Assembly: GCA_965238275.1 (NCBI GenBank)
Contig: OZ250186.1
Coordinates: 1,024,001 to 1,088,000 of the forward strand
From: Nitrosopumilus sp.
GTDB taxonomy: Archaea > Thermoproteota > Nitrososphaeria > Nitrososphaerales > Nitrosopumilaceae
Length of the DNA stretch: 64,000 nt
Direction: 5' to 3'
Program-made: the position numbers and the translations under genes
Notes under the pieces: generated by a model
Told to the model about the DNA's origin: nothing
What the model saw: the letters and a program-made list of their open reading frames with translations, nothing else
The model's database searches: none
In this document: in pieces, positions 1 to 10,697 of the stretch
Position numbering within the stretch: the stretch's first letter is position 1
How the letters are laid out: every line of letters begins with the position of its first letter

Positions 1-209
1 CCCCAAGAATTCATGCATTGGAACTGATTCCGGGAATAGGCAAGATGTACATGAAGACGATGCTTGAGGAGCGGGAGATCAAAAAGTTCGAGAGCTACGA
101 GGACCTGCAGGAGCGGGTGGGACTCAAGGATCCGATAAGGCACATCTCTGAAAGAATCATAGACGAGCTGACAGGACAGAGCCGGATGAATCTTTTTGTA
201 AAGAAATGA
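1..209 (+). CDS. DUF655-family RNA-binding protein, C-terminal part (starts before window)
   Basis: LELIPGIGK HhH-like motif and FESYEDLQERV; usual archaeal position upstream of ksgA. Confidence 0.75.
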   Translation, partial: PRIHALELIPGIGKMYMKTMLEEREIKKFESYEDLQERVGLKDPIRHISERIIDELTGQSRMNLFVKK

Positions 210-910
210 CAAGGCATCAACAACTGGGACAACACTTTCTAAACTCCGGTTCCATTGCCAGGCTGATAGTGTCTGAGGCTAGAATCACAAAAAATGATGT
301 CGTCTTTGAACTGGGAACCGGCTTGGGAATCCTTACGCCGCTGCTGTGCAGCATGGCAGGCCGCGTGATATCCATTGATGCTGACAGGCAGCTTGCAGAG
401 GCTGCCAGATCCGCACTCTCTGGCGTCAGAAACCTTGTCATACGGCACGGTGACGGCCTTGAGAGCGCCGATAATTTTTCAATCTTTGTATCAAACCTGC
501 CATACTCTCGAAGCAGGGATGCAATAGAGTGGCTGGCCCAGAGGCAGTTTTCCCACGGGGTAATGATGGTTCAGCGGGAGTTTGCAGAAAAGCTGTTTGC
601 CGTATCCTCTGCAAGAAGGGCAGTAAGCATAGTGGCCATGCATGCATTTGACATCCGGATGATCTCTTCGGTGGGAAGGAACAACTTCAAGCCGCCTCCC
701 AAGGTCGATTCTGTGATTCTGGGAATAACAAAAAGAGGCAGTCTGGACCAGGAGCAGATACAAACCATCAACAGAATCTTCTCGTACAGGCGCAAGACTG
801 TGAAAAACGTTTTACGGCAGTTCGGACTGGATTCAACAGAATGCCAAAGAATAGACGACCTTTCAGGAGATGAGATAGTCGGCATTGCAAACCGGATTCT
901 TGGCAGATGA
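206..910 (+). CDS. rsmA: 16S rRNA adenine dimethyltransferase KsgA/Dim1
   Basis: GQHFL, ELGTGLG, SNLPY, MVQREFA, F.PPPKVDS motifs. Confidence 0.93.
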   Translation: MTRHQQLGQHFLNSGSIARLIVSEARITKNDVVFELGTGLGILTPLLCSMAGRVISIDADRQLAEAARSALSGVRNLVIRHGDGLESADNFSIFVSNLPYSRSRDAIEWLAQRQFSHGVMMVQREFAEKLFAVSSARRAVSIVAMHAFDIRMISSVGRNNFKPPPKVDSVILGITKRGSLDQEQIQTINRIFSYRRKTVKNVLRQFGLDSTECQRIDDLSGDEIVGIANRILGR

Positions 911-1418
911 CGAGTATACCCCGTCTGAGGACACCTTCTTCATGGCAGATCACCTTGAAGACGAGACAGGCGGCATGGCGCTGGATGTGGGGAGCGGCTC
1001 GGGATATCTGACCAAGCTGCTCTGCAGAAACTTTTCGCTGGTGGTGGGAACAGACATCAACTTCGGCGTATTAAGCAGACAGACATACCGGACAGAAAAC
1101 CTGGTGTGCTGTAATGGATCCGATGCCCTGCGGGCAAGGTTTGATCTCATAGTCTGCAACCTGCCGTATCTTGCAACCGATGAAATACTGGATGCTGCAA
1201 CCGACGGCGGCCCCGAGGGCTTTGAGGTTCCCAAAAAGATCCTAGACTCCGTATGCGGGAATATCCAAAATGACGGCAAGTTTGTCTTTGTGACGTCCTC
1301 GCTGTCAAACCATGAACGGCTGGCTGGCTACGCCCAAAGCCTGGGACTGAGGACCAGGATAGCTGCAAGAAAGAAACTCTTCTTTGAGGAACTGATTCTC
1401 GTAGAGGCGACACACTGA
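885..1418 (+). CDS. HemK-related SAM methyltransferase
   Basis: Y.PSEDTF, DVGSGSG, NLPYL, DGG.EG motifs. Confidence 0.85.
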   Translation: MQTGFLADDEYTPSEDTFFMADHLEDETGGMALDVGSGSGYLTKLLCRNFSLVVGTDINFGVLSRQTYRTENLVCCNGSDALRARFDLIVCNLPYLATDEILDAATDGGPEGFEVPKKILDSVCGNIQNDGKFVFVTSSLSNHERLAGYAQSLGLRTRIAARKKLFFEELILVEATH

Positions 1419-1419
1419 A

Positions 1420-2451
1420 TTATCTTCTGAGCATGCTGACTGCATATGCGATTATGGCATCTGTCATCTGTGTTGTTGAGGCGCTGCCTCCGATATCCCA
1501 CGTTACGGCCCTGCCCTCGTTGACTACCTGCTCTGTTGCAGAAAACACCGCATCCCTGATTGCAGTCTCTCCCAGATAGCCTGCCATCCAGGCTCCGGAA
1601 AGGATGGCCGCAGTCGGATTTACCTTGTTCTGGCCTGCAAACTGCGGCGCGCTGCCGTGTGCGGCCTCAAACATTGCAAAGTCGTCACCCATGTTTGCCG
1701 AATAAATGAGCCCTATGGATCCCACCAGTCCTGAAACAAGCTCCGAGATTATGTCCATGAACAGGTTTGTACTTACCAGGACGGTCCCGTTGAACTGCTC
1801 CGGGGCCACGACCAGCTGCTGTGCCATGTTGTCTATGTATATCTCCGATACCTCCACATCCGTCCCTTCTGCGGCCCTTACTGCGGCATTCCAGAATATG
1901 CCGTCAGTCTGTTTCAGGATGTTCCTCTTGGTTATTGCCACCATCTTCTTCATATCGTGATCCCTGGCCCACTCCATTGCAGAGTTGAGCAGCCTGTCGC
2001 ACCCTCTTCTTGTTATCTTTCTGATGGCGATTGCATCGTCATCTGTAATCTTGGCCTCAATGCCTGCGTACAGCCCCTCGGTGGCCTCCCTGAAGCATAC
2101 GCAGTCAAGTTTTCTGCCCGGGGTCAGCCTCTCAAAGGTCTTTGCAGGCCTGATGTTGGCGTACAGGTTGAACTTTTGGCGCAGGGTGACTGCAACGCTT
2201 CTTGGCGCGTCGGGAACGGGAATCGTCGTGGTCGGACCCTTGAAGCATGCATCCGAGTCCTCCAGAATCCTGACAGTTCCTTCCGGGATGTATGATGAAT
2301 CCCTCCTGCCGTTCCTGTCCCACTGCTCGGATCCGGCATCGCACAGGATGATCTCAGACTGGATGTTGCACTCCCTGAGAACCCTGAGCATCGAGTCTAC
2401 GACCTCTGGCCCTATCCCGTCTCCCCTCATCACTGCAGTCTTTTTGCCCAA
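1420..2451 (-). CDS. Isocitrate/isopropylmalate dehydrogenase family protein
   Basis: GDGIGPEV, LYANIRP, REATEGLY, FEAAHGSAP, NPTA. Confidence 0.93.
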   Translation of the reverse strand: MGKKTAVMRGDGIGPEVVDSMLRVLRECNIQSEIILCDAGSEQWDRNGRRDSSYIPEGTVRILEDSDACFKGPTTTIPVPDAPRSVAVTLRQKFNLYANIRPAKTFERLTPGRKLDCVCFREATEGLYAGIEAKITDDDAIAIRKITRRGCDRLLNSAMEWARDHDMKKMVAITKRNILKQTDGIFWNAAVRAAEGTDVEVSEIYIDNMAQQLVVAPEQFNGTVLVSTNLFMDIISELVSGLVGSIGLIYSANMGDDFAMFEAAHGSAPQFAGQNKVNPTAAILSGAWMAGYLGETAIRDAVFSATEQVVNEGRAVTWDIGGSASTTQMTDAIIAYAVSMLRR

Positions 2452-2586
2452 AACTGTCAGGCCTTACAGCGTTTATTATTTAATCCTACTCTGCATGTTC
2501 AGGTACAAGCCTCCGGCCGTGACGTAATGCCTGATACGTATTCTCGATAGGTTCGATTTAATACGTGATGCAGTCATGACAAATTC

Positions 2587-3336
2587 ATGCTGATTGTCCA
2601 TATATCTGATCTCCATGTAGGCTCCCAGTTCCTGCCAGAAAAGTTTGATGTTCTGGAAGACGAGATCAACAGGCTGAATCCGGATGTCATCGTCGTTACG
2701 GGGGATCTGACCAACGAGGGTCTGGTAGGCGAGTATGAGCGGTGCAGGACACTGCTGGAAAGGCTTTCCACGGGTAGGAGGATGATTGCAGTCAGCGGAA
2801 ACCATGACTACAGAAACACCGGCTACCTGCTGTTCAAAAAATTCTTTCCGTTTGAGCCGGTAAACGAGCTTGATGATGACACCGTTCTGGTCACTGTGGG
2901 GACTGCCAGACCTGACAGAAACGAAGGGGAGGTGGGATACAGGCAGAACCTCTGGCTGGAGCGAACCATGAAAAAGTATGCAGACCGGATAAAGATTGTT
3001 GCAATGCATCACCACCTTATTGCCATTCCTGATACGGGATCGGATCAGCTTACCGTGGTTGATGCAGGCGACGTACTGCGGACAGTACTGGATACCGGGG
3101 TGGATGTTGTCATGTGCGGACACAAGCACAGGCCGTGGGCGTGGAACCTTGGCACCCTGACTGTCCTCAACGCAGGCACTCCCACATCAGAACGGGTACG
3201 CGGCCTGTTTGAGAACACCTACAACATCATCAACATCTCCAACAGACAGATAAGCATAGATCTCAAGGTTGTAGGCGGAAAAAGGATCCCAATGGATGAA
3301 TTTGTGAGAAACTACAGCCAATCTCACGTCGAATGA
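2587..3336 (+). CDS. Calcineurin-like metallophosphoesterase
   Basis: SDLH, TGDL, GNHD, HHH, GHKH motifs. Confidence 0.9.
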   Translation: MLIVHISDLHVGSQFLPEKFDVLEDEINRLNPDVIVVTGDLTNEGLVGEYERCRTLLERLSTGRRMIAVSGNHDYRNTGYLLFKKFFPFEPVNELDDDTVLVTVGTARPDRNEGEVGYRQNLWLERTMKKYADRIKIVAMHHHLIAIPDTGSDQLTVVDAGDVLRTVLDTGVDVVMCGHKHRPWAWNLGTLTVLNAGTPTSERVRGLFENTYNIINISNRQISIDLKVVGGKRIPMDEFVRNYSQSHVE

Positions 3337-3367
3337 TTTTTTTAGATACTGATTCTAGGGCTCTTGT

Positions 3368-3454
3368 GCGGGGATCGCCTAGCTTGGTAGGGCGTGGGAT
3401 TGCTAATCCCATGTCCGCAAGGACACGGGGGTTCAAATCCCCCTCCCCGCGCCA
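3368..3454 (+). tRNA. tRNA-Ser(GCT)
   Basis: GCGGGGA/TCCCCGC acceptor stem, TGGGA-TTGCTAA-TCCCA anticodon arm, long variable arm, GGTTCAAATCC, encoded CCA. Confidence 0.95.
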
Positions 3455-3900
3455 TTAAAACTTTATAGTGCATTCCAGAAGAGTCACTCCATGGGACGAA
3501 GAAAGACTCAAAAGATTATCCGTACTGGCCCAAAGAACGCAACCACGGGAATGTGTCCACTCTGCAGGACCATCGGCAGGGTGTTTCTCCTTGGCCCCCC
3601 AGGAGAGGAGAGGGGAAAGTGTGAAAAGTGCCGTCAGGAATTTGAATTATAGCCTTGCATGAAAACCGCCCTGATTTTTACAGTCCGCCGGCACCTGTCG
3701 CCGGATGCGCAGATCGCATGCGTCCTGGCCGGCCCGTGCATTCTGAAGCCGCATTCCAAAAACCCCCGGGCAGACACTGCATGTCTGTAGCATGCCTGTC
3801 CGATCTGTGCCTGCACATTCAGGCATCCTGGGGTGTCGTGCATGGGGAATTCCATGCCAAACCATTAACTTTTTAAGAAAAATCATTTCCATAGATCTGT

Positions 3901-4071
3901 ATGGATCCTGAAGCAGAGACGATATATGGCCGTGTTGCAAGACTTGAAGACGAGGTCGCCCTTCTTAGAAACGAGGTCGATACCATAAAAAAGGCAATGA
4001 GAAGCAAGATTATACGTCATGAGATAGCGATGATCAAGAACGGCGCCGATGTAAATTCTATAGTTGATTGA
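3901..4071 (+). CDS. Small 56-aa coiled-coil hypothetical protein (not in ORF track)
   Basis: Manual translation MDPEAETIYGRVARLEDEVALLRNEVDTIKKAMRSK...; TTTTAAGA TATA-like box about 25 nt upstream. Confidence 0.65.
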   Translation: MDPEAETIYGRVARLEDEVALLRNEVDTIKKAMRSKIIRHEIAMIKNGADVNSIVD

Positions 4072-4843
4072 TCCTTTGTTTTGTTTCATCGATCAACTCT
4101 AGAACGAACTCCGTATCCTCTGCATCCGGACTGATCTCCAGATATCTTGCAAGATCCTCCAGTCCCGGTTCCGGATTTGACATCCTGCACTCCAGGATTC
4201 CCCTGTCCCTGATGTCCGGAGGGGACTCTGGCATGACGGCCAGAATCATGTTTGTGCACCTGAGTGCCCTGTCATAATCCAGCATCCTGGCATAGGAATC
4301 CCTTGTGTCGTGCATCATCTCCACAAGAATCCGTCCCTGGCTCATCTGTCCGGAGGTTCCGTGCCGCCGCGTCCCGTCCTGCTGCCGCTGCCGCTGCTGC
4401 TGCAACAGCAGCAGCCTGCCGCGGGCCGTATCAAGAACCGTGCCGCCGCATTCCACCATGACAGATTCTGCATCCCTGAAAATCACAGCGTCCAGTCCGA
4501 CAAATCTTGCAACCTCTGCATACAGGACGGCCATGCACATGACAGTCCCCCTCCTCCTGTCAATCAGGTTGTTTAGGAACATGCCGGATGTGCCATCTGC
4601 ATCAAAGCCCAGATTCCCAAAGAGATGCTCGCTTAGCATCCGGATCCTGTCTGCCGGATCATTGATGGCTCCTGCTTGCTCCCTCAGGGACATCCCAATC
4701 CTGCCTATTCTTCGGACATATTCATCCACATCAAGATCCGGATGCTCCAGAATCTGTGCCATCTTTAGCGCCTTTTCAACCAGATTGAATCCGGGATTCT
4801 CTACAAACGAGAGCCATTCTGACACAAGCGGATCAAACTTCAA
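4058..4843 (-). CDS. SirB1/transglutaminase-like protein with C-terminal TPR
   Basis: FLNNLIDRRRG and IRDRGIL...LARYLEISPDAED; likely TTG start at 4843 overlapping the upstream stop. Confidence 0.75.
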   Translation of the reverse strand: MKFDPLVSEWLSFVENPGFNLVEKALKMAQILEHPDLDVDEYVRRIGRIGMSLREQAGAINDPADRIRMLSEHLFGNLGFDADGTSGMFLNNLIDRRRGTVMCMAVLYAEVARFVGLDAVIFRDAESVMVECGGTVLDTARGRLLLLQQQRQRQQDGTRRHGTSGQMSQGRILVEMMHDTRDSYARMLDYDRALRCTNMILAVMPESPPDIRDRGILECRMSNPEPGLEDLARYLEISPDAEDTEFVLELIDETKQRINQL

Positions 4844-6057
4844 CTCTGCCGGCTCATCTTTTTGACATACATCTGCGGATCCTTGAGCTCCCTCGTACTT
4901 GGAGGCACCTCGATTATCTTTTTGAATGCGCTCCTGCCAAGGCTCTCGTAGACTGCCTCGGTGAAATCCTTGCCCATGCTCTTTCTGACCTGGTATGACG
5001 AAAAATCCGTCCCCATGAACGTGGCCAGGTAGTTTTGAAAGTCCTGGTCGTCTCGCAGAATGTTCTCGATTGCAAATCCGGCCATCCCCTCCATTGCAGT
5101 AAATGCTGCATGGTGCTGCTGTATGGGAACAAGCCACCTCTTGTAGATGTCCAAGAGCTGCGGAACGGCTTGGCCGATCTGGGGGTCTATCTCTACGTGC
5201 GTAAACGTCATGACGTCCGGCCCAATCTGCTCAATCAGAAAGTGATCCGGATTCAAAAAGAAGAACAGGTTGGCCCTCTTTGCAAATGGAAAGTCGTCTG
5301 GCACCGCCTGCAGCTGGCAGTACTCTGAAAGCCTACTGACAGTATCGGCATCAAGTGACAGTATTATGCCTGCAAGCTCCTCGTTGATTCTGTTGACCTC
5401 TGCTGCGGCACGCCTGTTTACCTGCTGCAGGTTCCCCTGCGCCGAGTGGATGATCTCCTCCAGTACTGTCATCTTTATGGCTCCCCTGTACCCTGAATTC
5501 ACGTCCCCAAACCTTGACTCGTACGGCTCCCCCTGCTTGTGGAGGATTATCTGCGGATACCTTGAGAGGATGAATCTGTTCAGGTATATCACGGAGTCCA
5601 GATAGTCGCCATACGTGGTGGTAATCTTTGATATGTACTGTATTGCATACGTCGAGTAAACAAAATACTTTGCCGTATCCTGCTGCATCAGTTCTGCTAT
5701 CCTGCCGTGATCCTCCTTTGCAACTGCTGCAAAAAGATCCCTGACATACCCTGTTGCCCCCTTTTGTGCAAAGACCTTCCTGCCCTTGAGCATCTTCAGC
5801 TCGTCAAGCTCCGGAAACTCCAGCCGCAGGCTCTCCGGAATGCTGACTCCGAGGAATTCCTCTGCCTTGTGTCTGTATGATGCAAGAGCCTCTGCTGCAA
5901 CCTCGCTGATATCCTGAAACCGCACCCTTTCTCCGATATCCTCTGCGGCCGTGGCAGCCATGCGTGTAATCTCCTTCTCCTCGTTAATCTCCACTGTCAG
6001 CTGGCCAAACAGGGCCTCGGCAAACTCCTCAAACTCACCCAATTCGAATAGGATCAA
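4840..6057 (-). CDS. Hypothetical protein, possible zincin-like fold
   Basis: Long clean ORF; EEIIHSAQ and MEGMA resemble a degenerate HExxH...E motif. Confidence 0.7.
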   Translation of the reverse strand: MILFELGEFEEFAEALFGQLTVEINEEKEITRMAATAAEDIGERVRFQDISEVAAEALASYRHKAEEFLGVSIPESLRLEFPELDELKMLKGRKVFAQKGATGYVRDLFAAVAKEDHGRIAELMQQDTAKYFVYSTYAIQYISKITTTYGDYLDSVIYLNRFILSRYPQIILHKQGEPYESRFGDVNSGYRGAIKMTVLEEIIHSAQGNLQQVNRRAAAEVNRINEELAGIILSLDADTVSRLSEYCQLQAVPDDFPFAKRANLFFFLNPDHFLIEQIGPDVMTFTHVEIDPQIGQAVPQLLDIYKRWLVPIQQHHAAFTAMEGMAGFAIENILRDDQDFQNYLATFMGTDFSSYQVRKSMGKDFTEAVYESLGRSAFKKIIEVPPSTRELKDPQMYVKKMSRQS

Positions 6058-6540
6058 GGCACACTACATTTAACGCTATCCTGATCTCCAGTGGATGGAA
6101 ATGTGTCTAATTGCACATGCCAAGACAAGGGCGTTTTGCATCCGTTCAAGCTCGTACGTATCTTTTGGGACCTGCAGGCGTTAACCTGGCAGTCACAAGT
6201 GTTCCACCGTTTCTGTGAAATCATCGGCTCGATACGGCTTCCCCACCATGCCGCCATCCACAGAAGGATCCAATCCCTAGATGCAGGTGCTGTAAATGAA
6301 TATCGGGAAGGACAGCAGCAGTATGCGCACCGACTCGTTCCTGTTTGTGGTGCGGGGCCTGGGGGACTTGTAGTTGCTGTACGCAGTCTCCACTCCCCAG
6401 CAGAGGCGGTACTGTTCTGCGAATCCGTGTGCACCTGTCAGACTGCTGCCGGACACGATGGCCGTCTCGATCCTGGTAGCGGGGCCGCGCGCGGCAGTCA
6501 ATACAGAACAACAATGAAATACCAATGCCGTGTAATGATG
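6058..6540 (-). pseudogene. ISH3-like transposase remnant
   Basis: YRLCWGVETAYS..PRPRTTNRNESVRILLL resembles the ISH3/IS4 Y.R.RW.IE motif. Confidence 0.6.
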
Positions 6541-6542
6541 GT

Positions 6543-6848
6543 ATGGCATCGCCGATAGTAATCCCGATAATCCTGGTAGCGATCATCGGGCTGTCAGGGT
6601 ATCTCATATACAAGTTTGTGATATTTGACTTCTCCTGCAAGAGATCCGTAACCCGAATGCTTCGCAAATACAAGATCCAAAAGAGTCCCTCCCAGATAAT
6701 CCGGGAGTACTATGCCTTGAAGGGGGAATCGCTCCCTGCAAAGGACATCATGGACCTCGAACGCACCTACAGGCAGAAAGAGCCCGAGCAGTTCCTTGCA
6801 ATGTATGATGCTGTGCGGGAAAGCCACAAGCGAAACGGAGAAGAATAA
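6543..6848 (+). CDS. Small membrane-anchored hypothetical protein
   Basis: N-terminal TM helix PIVIPIILVAIIGLSGYLIY. Confidence 0.75.
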   Translation: MASPIVIPIILVAIIGLSGYLIYKFVIFDFSCKRSVTRMLRKYKIQKSPSQIIREYYALKGESLPAKDIMDLERTYRQKEPEQFLAMYDAVRESHKRNGEE

Positions 6849-7141
6849 CAGCCAGTCCTCAGGGGAGCATATTGCTCAGATGTGAGGCATGTCGGTACAC
6901 CCGTGCCTGTTGCAGGAAACCGCTTCTGGTGTGGCATATTGGGGCATATAGAAGTGATTAAAAACAAAAATGAAAGGAATGACAGTCAGTTTCCAGGAGT
7001 TGTGTAACCGTTTCGCTTTTTGAAGTGGGCTGACTGTTGCAGCATGGACAGATATGCCGGATTGCCTCACGTACAAAGTCATGCGCAGCCCTGTCAAGCA
7101 GGCGGCTTTCCGTATTTTCCAATGCATTTTTCATGCATGTC

Positions 7142-8661
7142 CTAGCTGTCGCCTGAGGCGGATGGGGAGAATGACGATGACGATGCCTGAACAAGGTGAT
7201 CAAAAAAACTCCGGTTGTTTATCCAGTCGGTCAGTTTGATGGTAAACAGGACCGAGTTGGCCTCCATTCCCTTTACAGAACGGTTTCCTCCCCCGTCGTT
7301 TCTTACTGCCACCACCTTTCTGTTGGCCCTCTCGCAGGGATTGTTGGTGGGTGATATGTCTCCCTTCTTGTGGCGCAGAAACGTGGTCAGGAAATCGCGT
7401 TCCCGCCTGAACCTCTTTTGATACCTGTTTATGATGCCCTTTTCGCCGTCCCCGTGTTCCCGACTCATCAGGCTGGATAATTCCGCATCAAACCGGTCGG
7501 CTGCGGCAATCCTCTTTTCCCTGTCCGTGGTTTCATCGGCCTTGTGGAGTCTTTTGAGTATAGCAAGGCCGTCCTTGAGGAACCTAGTGGCATCCTTGCC
7601 GGGATCCTGGTACTTGAGATCCCTCTTCATTATGCGCATCTGATGCCACAGGCACATCTGGTGGTTCGTGCCCACGTGCAGCCATGCAGTATGCGAGTCG
7701 TGTATGGTGATGCCCTTGAACCCGGGCAGGAATTCCTTGAGTGCCTTGATGCTGCGCGACTTTGAGACCTCCATCAGGCAGCTGTCCTTTCCCAGAGCAG
7801 TCAGGACAAATCCCTTGGCGTCGCCAACCGGCCACCACAGCTCGTCGCACCCCCGGTTATCCTCTGCCAGTATGCCCTTTCTGATGGATTGGTGCTCCGG
7901 GGCCAGCCTCTCGCTTGTGCGGATCTTGTTTCGGTATGCGCTGGAGCGCGACATCTTTACCTTCAGAGCATCGCGGCTGGTCTCTGCTGCCTTGCCGTGA
8001 GAGATTCCGTTTATGTTGAGGTGGGTCATGAGTGCGGTGTGGTTTGAGGACGTGCGCGCATACGGCATGGCGTCTGGCACCTTGCCTGATACCTGCTTTT
8101 TGCATCTCCTGCAGTACCTCCTCTTGATGACGTACCTTACGTTCTCTATGACGAATCGCAGCACCCTGACTACCCGGTCGTACTCATCAGTAACCCCGGA
8201 GAGGCAGTCGCCGCCGCAGTGGGACACTCTTTGCAGTCGACAGTCTCGTCCCTGTCTATGTCTTCTGGCCTCATGTTGATGGTGGCCTTTTGCCCCTTTG
8301 GCCTGCCCCGCTTGCCGGATGATTTCCGGTCAGATACAGTAACTGTCCGGATTCTGTTGACTGTCAAATTGAGCCGCTTGTTTAATCCTGCGTATTTCTC
8401 CTTCTCCATCTCGGCGTCCTCCCTGGCCTTCAGGCATTCCCGGACAAGGTATTCATTTGAGCCAGTCACGGCCGGAGGGTTTTCCGGCATGCCCGCAGTT
8501 TTGGCAACTGCATCCAGCAGTGTGTCAAATACGGCCTTCCGGTATGAGCAGCACTTGCAGTCCTGCCTGTTGCACGGCCTGGCATCCGGCGAGGCTTGTT
8601 CAATCTGGGTTTGAACAACAGATGTACCACCATGGTTTTTTGACACATTCCAACTGGGCAA
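7142..8661 (-). pseudogene. IS66-like transposase split by a frameshift near 8220
   Basis: Zn-finger CxxC motifs, GCDE, HDSH, HQMCLWH, TNNPCERANR; homologous to the intact copy at 43646-45175. Confidence 0.85.
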
Positions 8662-8730
8662 CCACTAGCATATGGATCTTTATGATTCATAGAATTATAA
8701 TTTTTAAAGAGGAGATCCCAACAATCCAGT

Positions 8731-8964
8731 ATGAGGCTGCTGACCAGACCCACCCGTCGGATCAAGGGCAAGGTGTACAAGACATGGTACGTCACCCTGC
8801 GCATCAAGACCGTAGATGAGCTGGGATGGTCATGGGGACAATATCTGGATACTGAAGTCAACGGAGACGCCCTGATCATACGGCCGCGTAGCCAGCCACA
8901 GAATGCGTCGGCGATGGTACAGACAGATGAAACTGAAGATGCTTCAGACGGCACCAAACAATGA
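8731..8964 (+). CDS. AbrB/MazE-like small DNA-binding protein inside the IS66
   Basis: YVTL....VDELGW..GQ.L...V.GDALIIRP pattern. Confidence 0.65.
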   Translation: MRLLTRPTRRIKGKVYKTWYVTLRIKTVDELGWSWGQYLDTEVNGDALIIRPRSQPQNASAMVQTDETEDASDGTKQ

Positions 8965-9033
8965 TGCAGTTTATGAATTATTTTTGGTAGAAACCAATTG
9001 GACTGACTGCTGGCACTTCAAAAAGCGAAACAC

Positions 9034-9915
9034 TTACGGAGTTGTCGGGATTGCGATGAATGGCGTTCCGCCCTCACCTACTACAAGTGGTAGTTTTCCA
9101 TCCCATGCCTTTGTCTTGAGCCATTCAATGTAGTTTGGATTTGTAGCCAGTGCGTCATTGATGATGGCTATGGCTTCTGCCTCTCCCTTTGCCTCTGCGA
9201 TGTTTGCATTTGCAAGACCTACGGCGTTGGCCTCTCTCTGTCTTGCCTCTACCTCGATTCTTCTAAGGTCGTTTTCTGCCTTGAGGGCCTTTTGCTCTGC
9301 CTCCACCTTTGCCTCTATTGCCTGCGAGAACAATGGCGAGAACTCAAAGTCGGTAATCGATATAACCTCGGTTACCACTTCGAACTGGTTCAGCCTTTCT
9401 CGAATTGATGTCTCTATGTCCTGCTTGACTAGGGGACGTTTTGTAATCAGTTCTTCTGCGTTGTAGTTGGCCGTTACCTGCTTAACTGTCTCCTCAATCG
9501 CGGGCTGGATAACCCTGTTTTCATAGTCCAGTCCCAGATTCTTGTATAGGCGGTGTATTGACTCCTTGTCCGGATGGTAGTTTACAGTTACAGTAGTCTC
9601 TACTGTCTGCAGATCCTTTGATGCGCTTCTGGAGTTCTTTTCATACTTTAACGTACGAACCTCAATGTTGACTACCTCGTCCTGAAATGGCACTACAAAA
9701 TGCAGCCCCTCATCAAGCGGAGGATTTGCCACATCCACTGCGTTCCAGTGTAGGAGGACGCCCCTGTGCCCCGAATCTACAATCTTTACTGATGCAAATA
9801 CTGCAACACCAACTACTATGAGTACTATGATGACTATGGCTACTCCTTTTGCCGCATTCATGTTTACGTTGGCTCCAGGTGTTCTGTATCTTGACAATTG
9901 TACTTGTGTGGACAC
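9034..9915 (-). CDS. Prohibitin/SPFH (band 7) membrane protein
   Basis: TM helix, EGLHFVVPF, SKDLQTV, AIEAKVEAEQ, WDGKLP. Confidence 0.92.
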   Translation of the reverse strand: MSTQVQLSRYRTPGANVNMNAAKGVAIVIIVLIVVGVAVFASVKIVDSGHRGVLLHWNAVDVANPPLDEGLHFVVPFQDEVVNIEVRTLKYEKNSRSASKDLQTVETTVTVNYHPDKESIHRLYKNLGLDYENRVIQPAIEETVKQVTANYNAEELITKRPLVKQDIETSIRERLNQFEVVTEVISITDFEFSPLFSQAIEAKVEAEQKALKAENDLRRIEVEARQREANAVGLANANIAEAKGEAEAIAIINDALATNPNYIEWLKTKAWDGKLPLVVGEGGTPFIAIPTTP

Positions 9916-10093
9916 ATCCCTCTATTATATCATCGCTAGTGACGGGCGTGCATGCCCAGGCCGCCTCCAAAATCAGGCACGTCCATTTGCATGATTCATG
10001 CCCGGACAGATCCCGTAGGCTGGATTTTGTAAATGTGGAGAACGCCCGGCGGGCATATCAACAGATTTATCCCATGACTGCATACGGCTGGTA

Positions 10094-10571
10094 ATGGAGC
10101 ACGACTTTATCTGGGCGTACATGCTCATATTTCTGGCAATCCCGCTCTGGCATCCCGCTTGCAAGAATCATTCCCAGACTGCTGTCCCGAAGAGCCCGGG
10201 GTGACCGCTACCCGGACATTGGGCAGAAATCAGACCCCAAGGCGTCCAGAGGGGAGCCGGAGCCGTCAAGGTATGAAGATCCCTCCGGATATGAAGACCC
10301 CTCGGGGAACGATACTGAAAGGCGCCAAAAGATGCCAGAGCCATCCAAGCCGCAGACAAAAGAGATGATCGTTCTTGGCGAGCTTCACAGGGGAGCCAGA
10401 ACCTTTGAGAGCATTCAGAAGAATACGGGCATGGACGGCGGTGTTCTTGAGGGGATTCTTGAGAAACTGGAGAAAGACGGTCTGCTAAAGGTGGTCCAAA
10501 GACAGCGCATGCTTGGTTCCAGAGTCGAGCTGCATCCCACTGACAAGGGGTTCAGGAAGTACTACTCCTAG
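10094..10571 (+). pseudogene. Membrane-anchored winged-helix protein frameshifted by a 13-nt duplication
   Basis: MEHDFIWAYMLIFLAIPL joins the 10332 ORF in frame once 10147-10159 is removed; wHTH-like ILEKLEKDGLL. Confidence 0.65.
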
Positions 10572-10697
10572 TCGTGTGGCTCGTACCGGATGACAAGGCC
10601 GCTACGTGTTCCTGTCCAACAAACATGATGCAGTGCCTGCAGGGATTGACCGGGGCGTGGAAAACATCATGTATATTTCTCCCTGAATGATTTTGTA

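Larger units (their letters stand above)
7004..9037 (-). mobile_element. IS66-family element (single-transposase type) with passenger ORF
   Basis: 24-bp imperfect TIRs GTAA..GTTTCGCTTTTTGAAGTG; 8-bp TSD GGAGTTGT at 6996-7003 and 9038-9045. Confidence 0.92.

Noticed and set aside
4844-5137. N-terminal extension of the 359-aa ORF
   Set aside because: Overlaps the upstream gene; a TTGA-coupled start at 4843 is more plausible.
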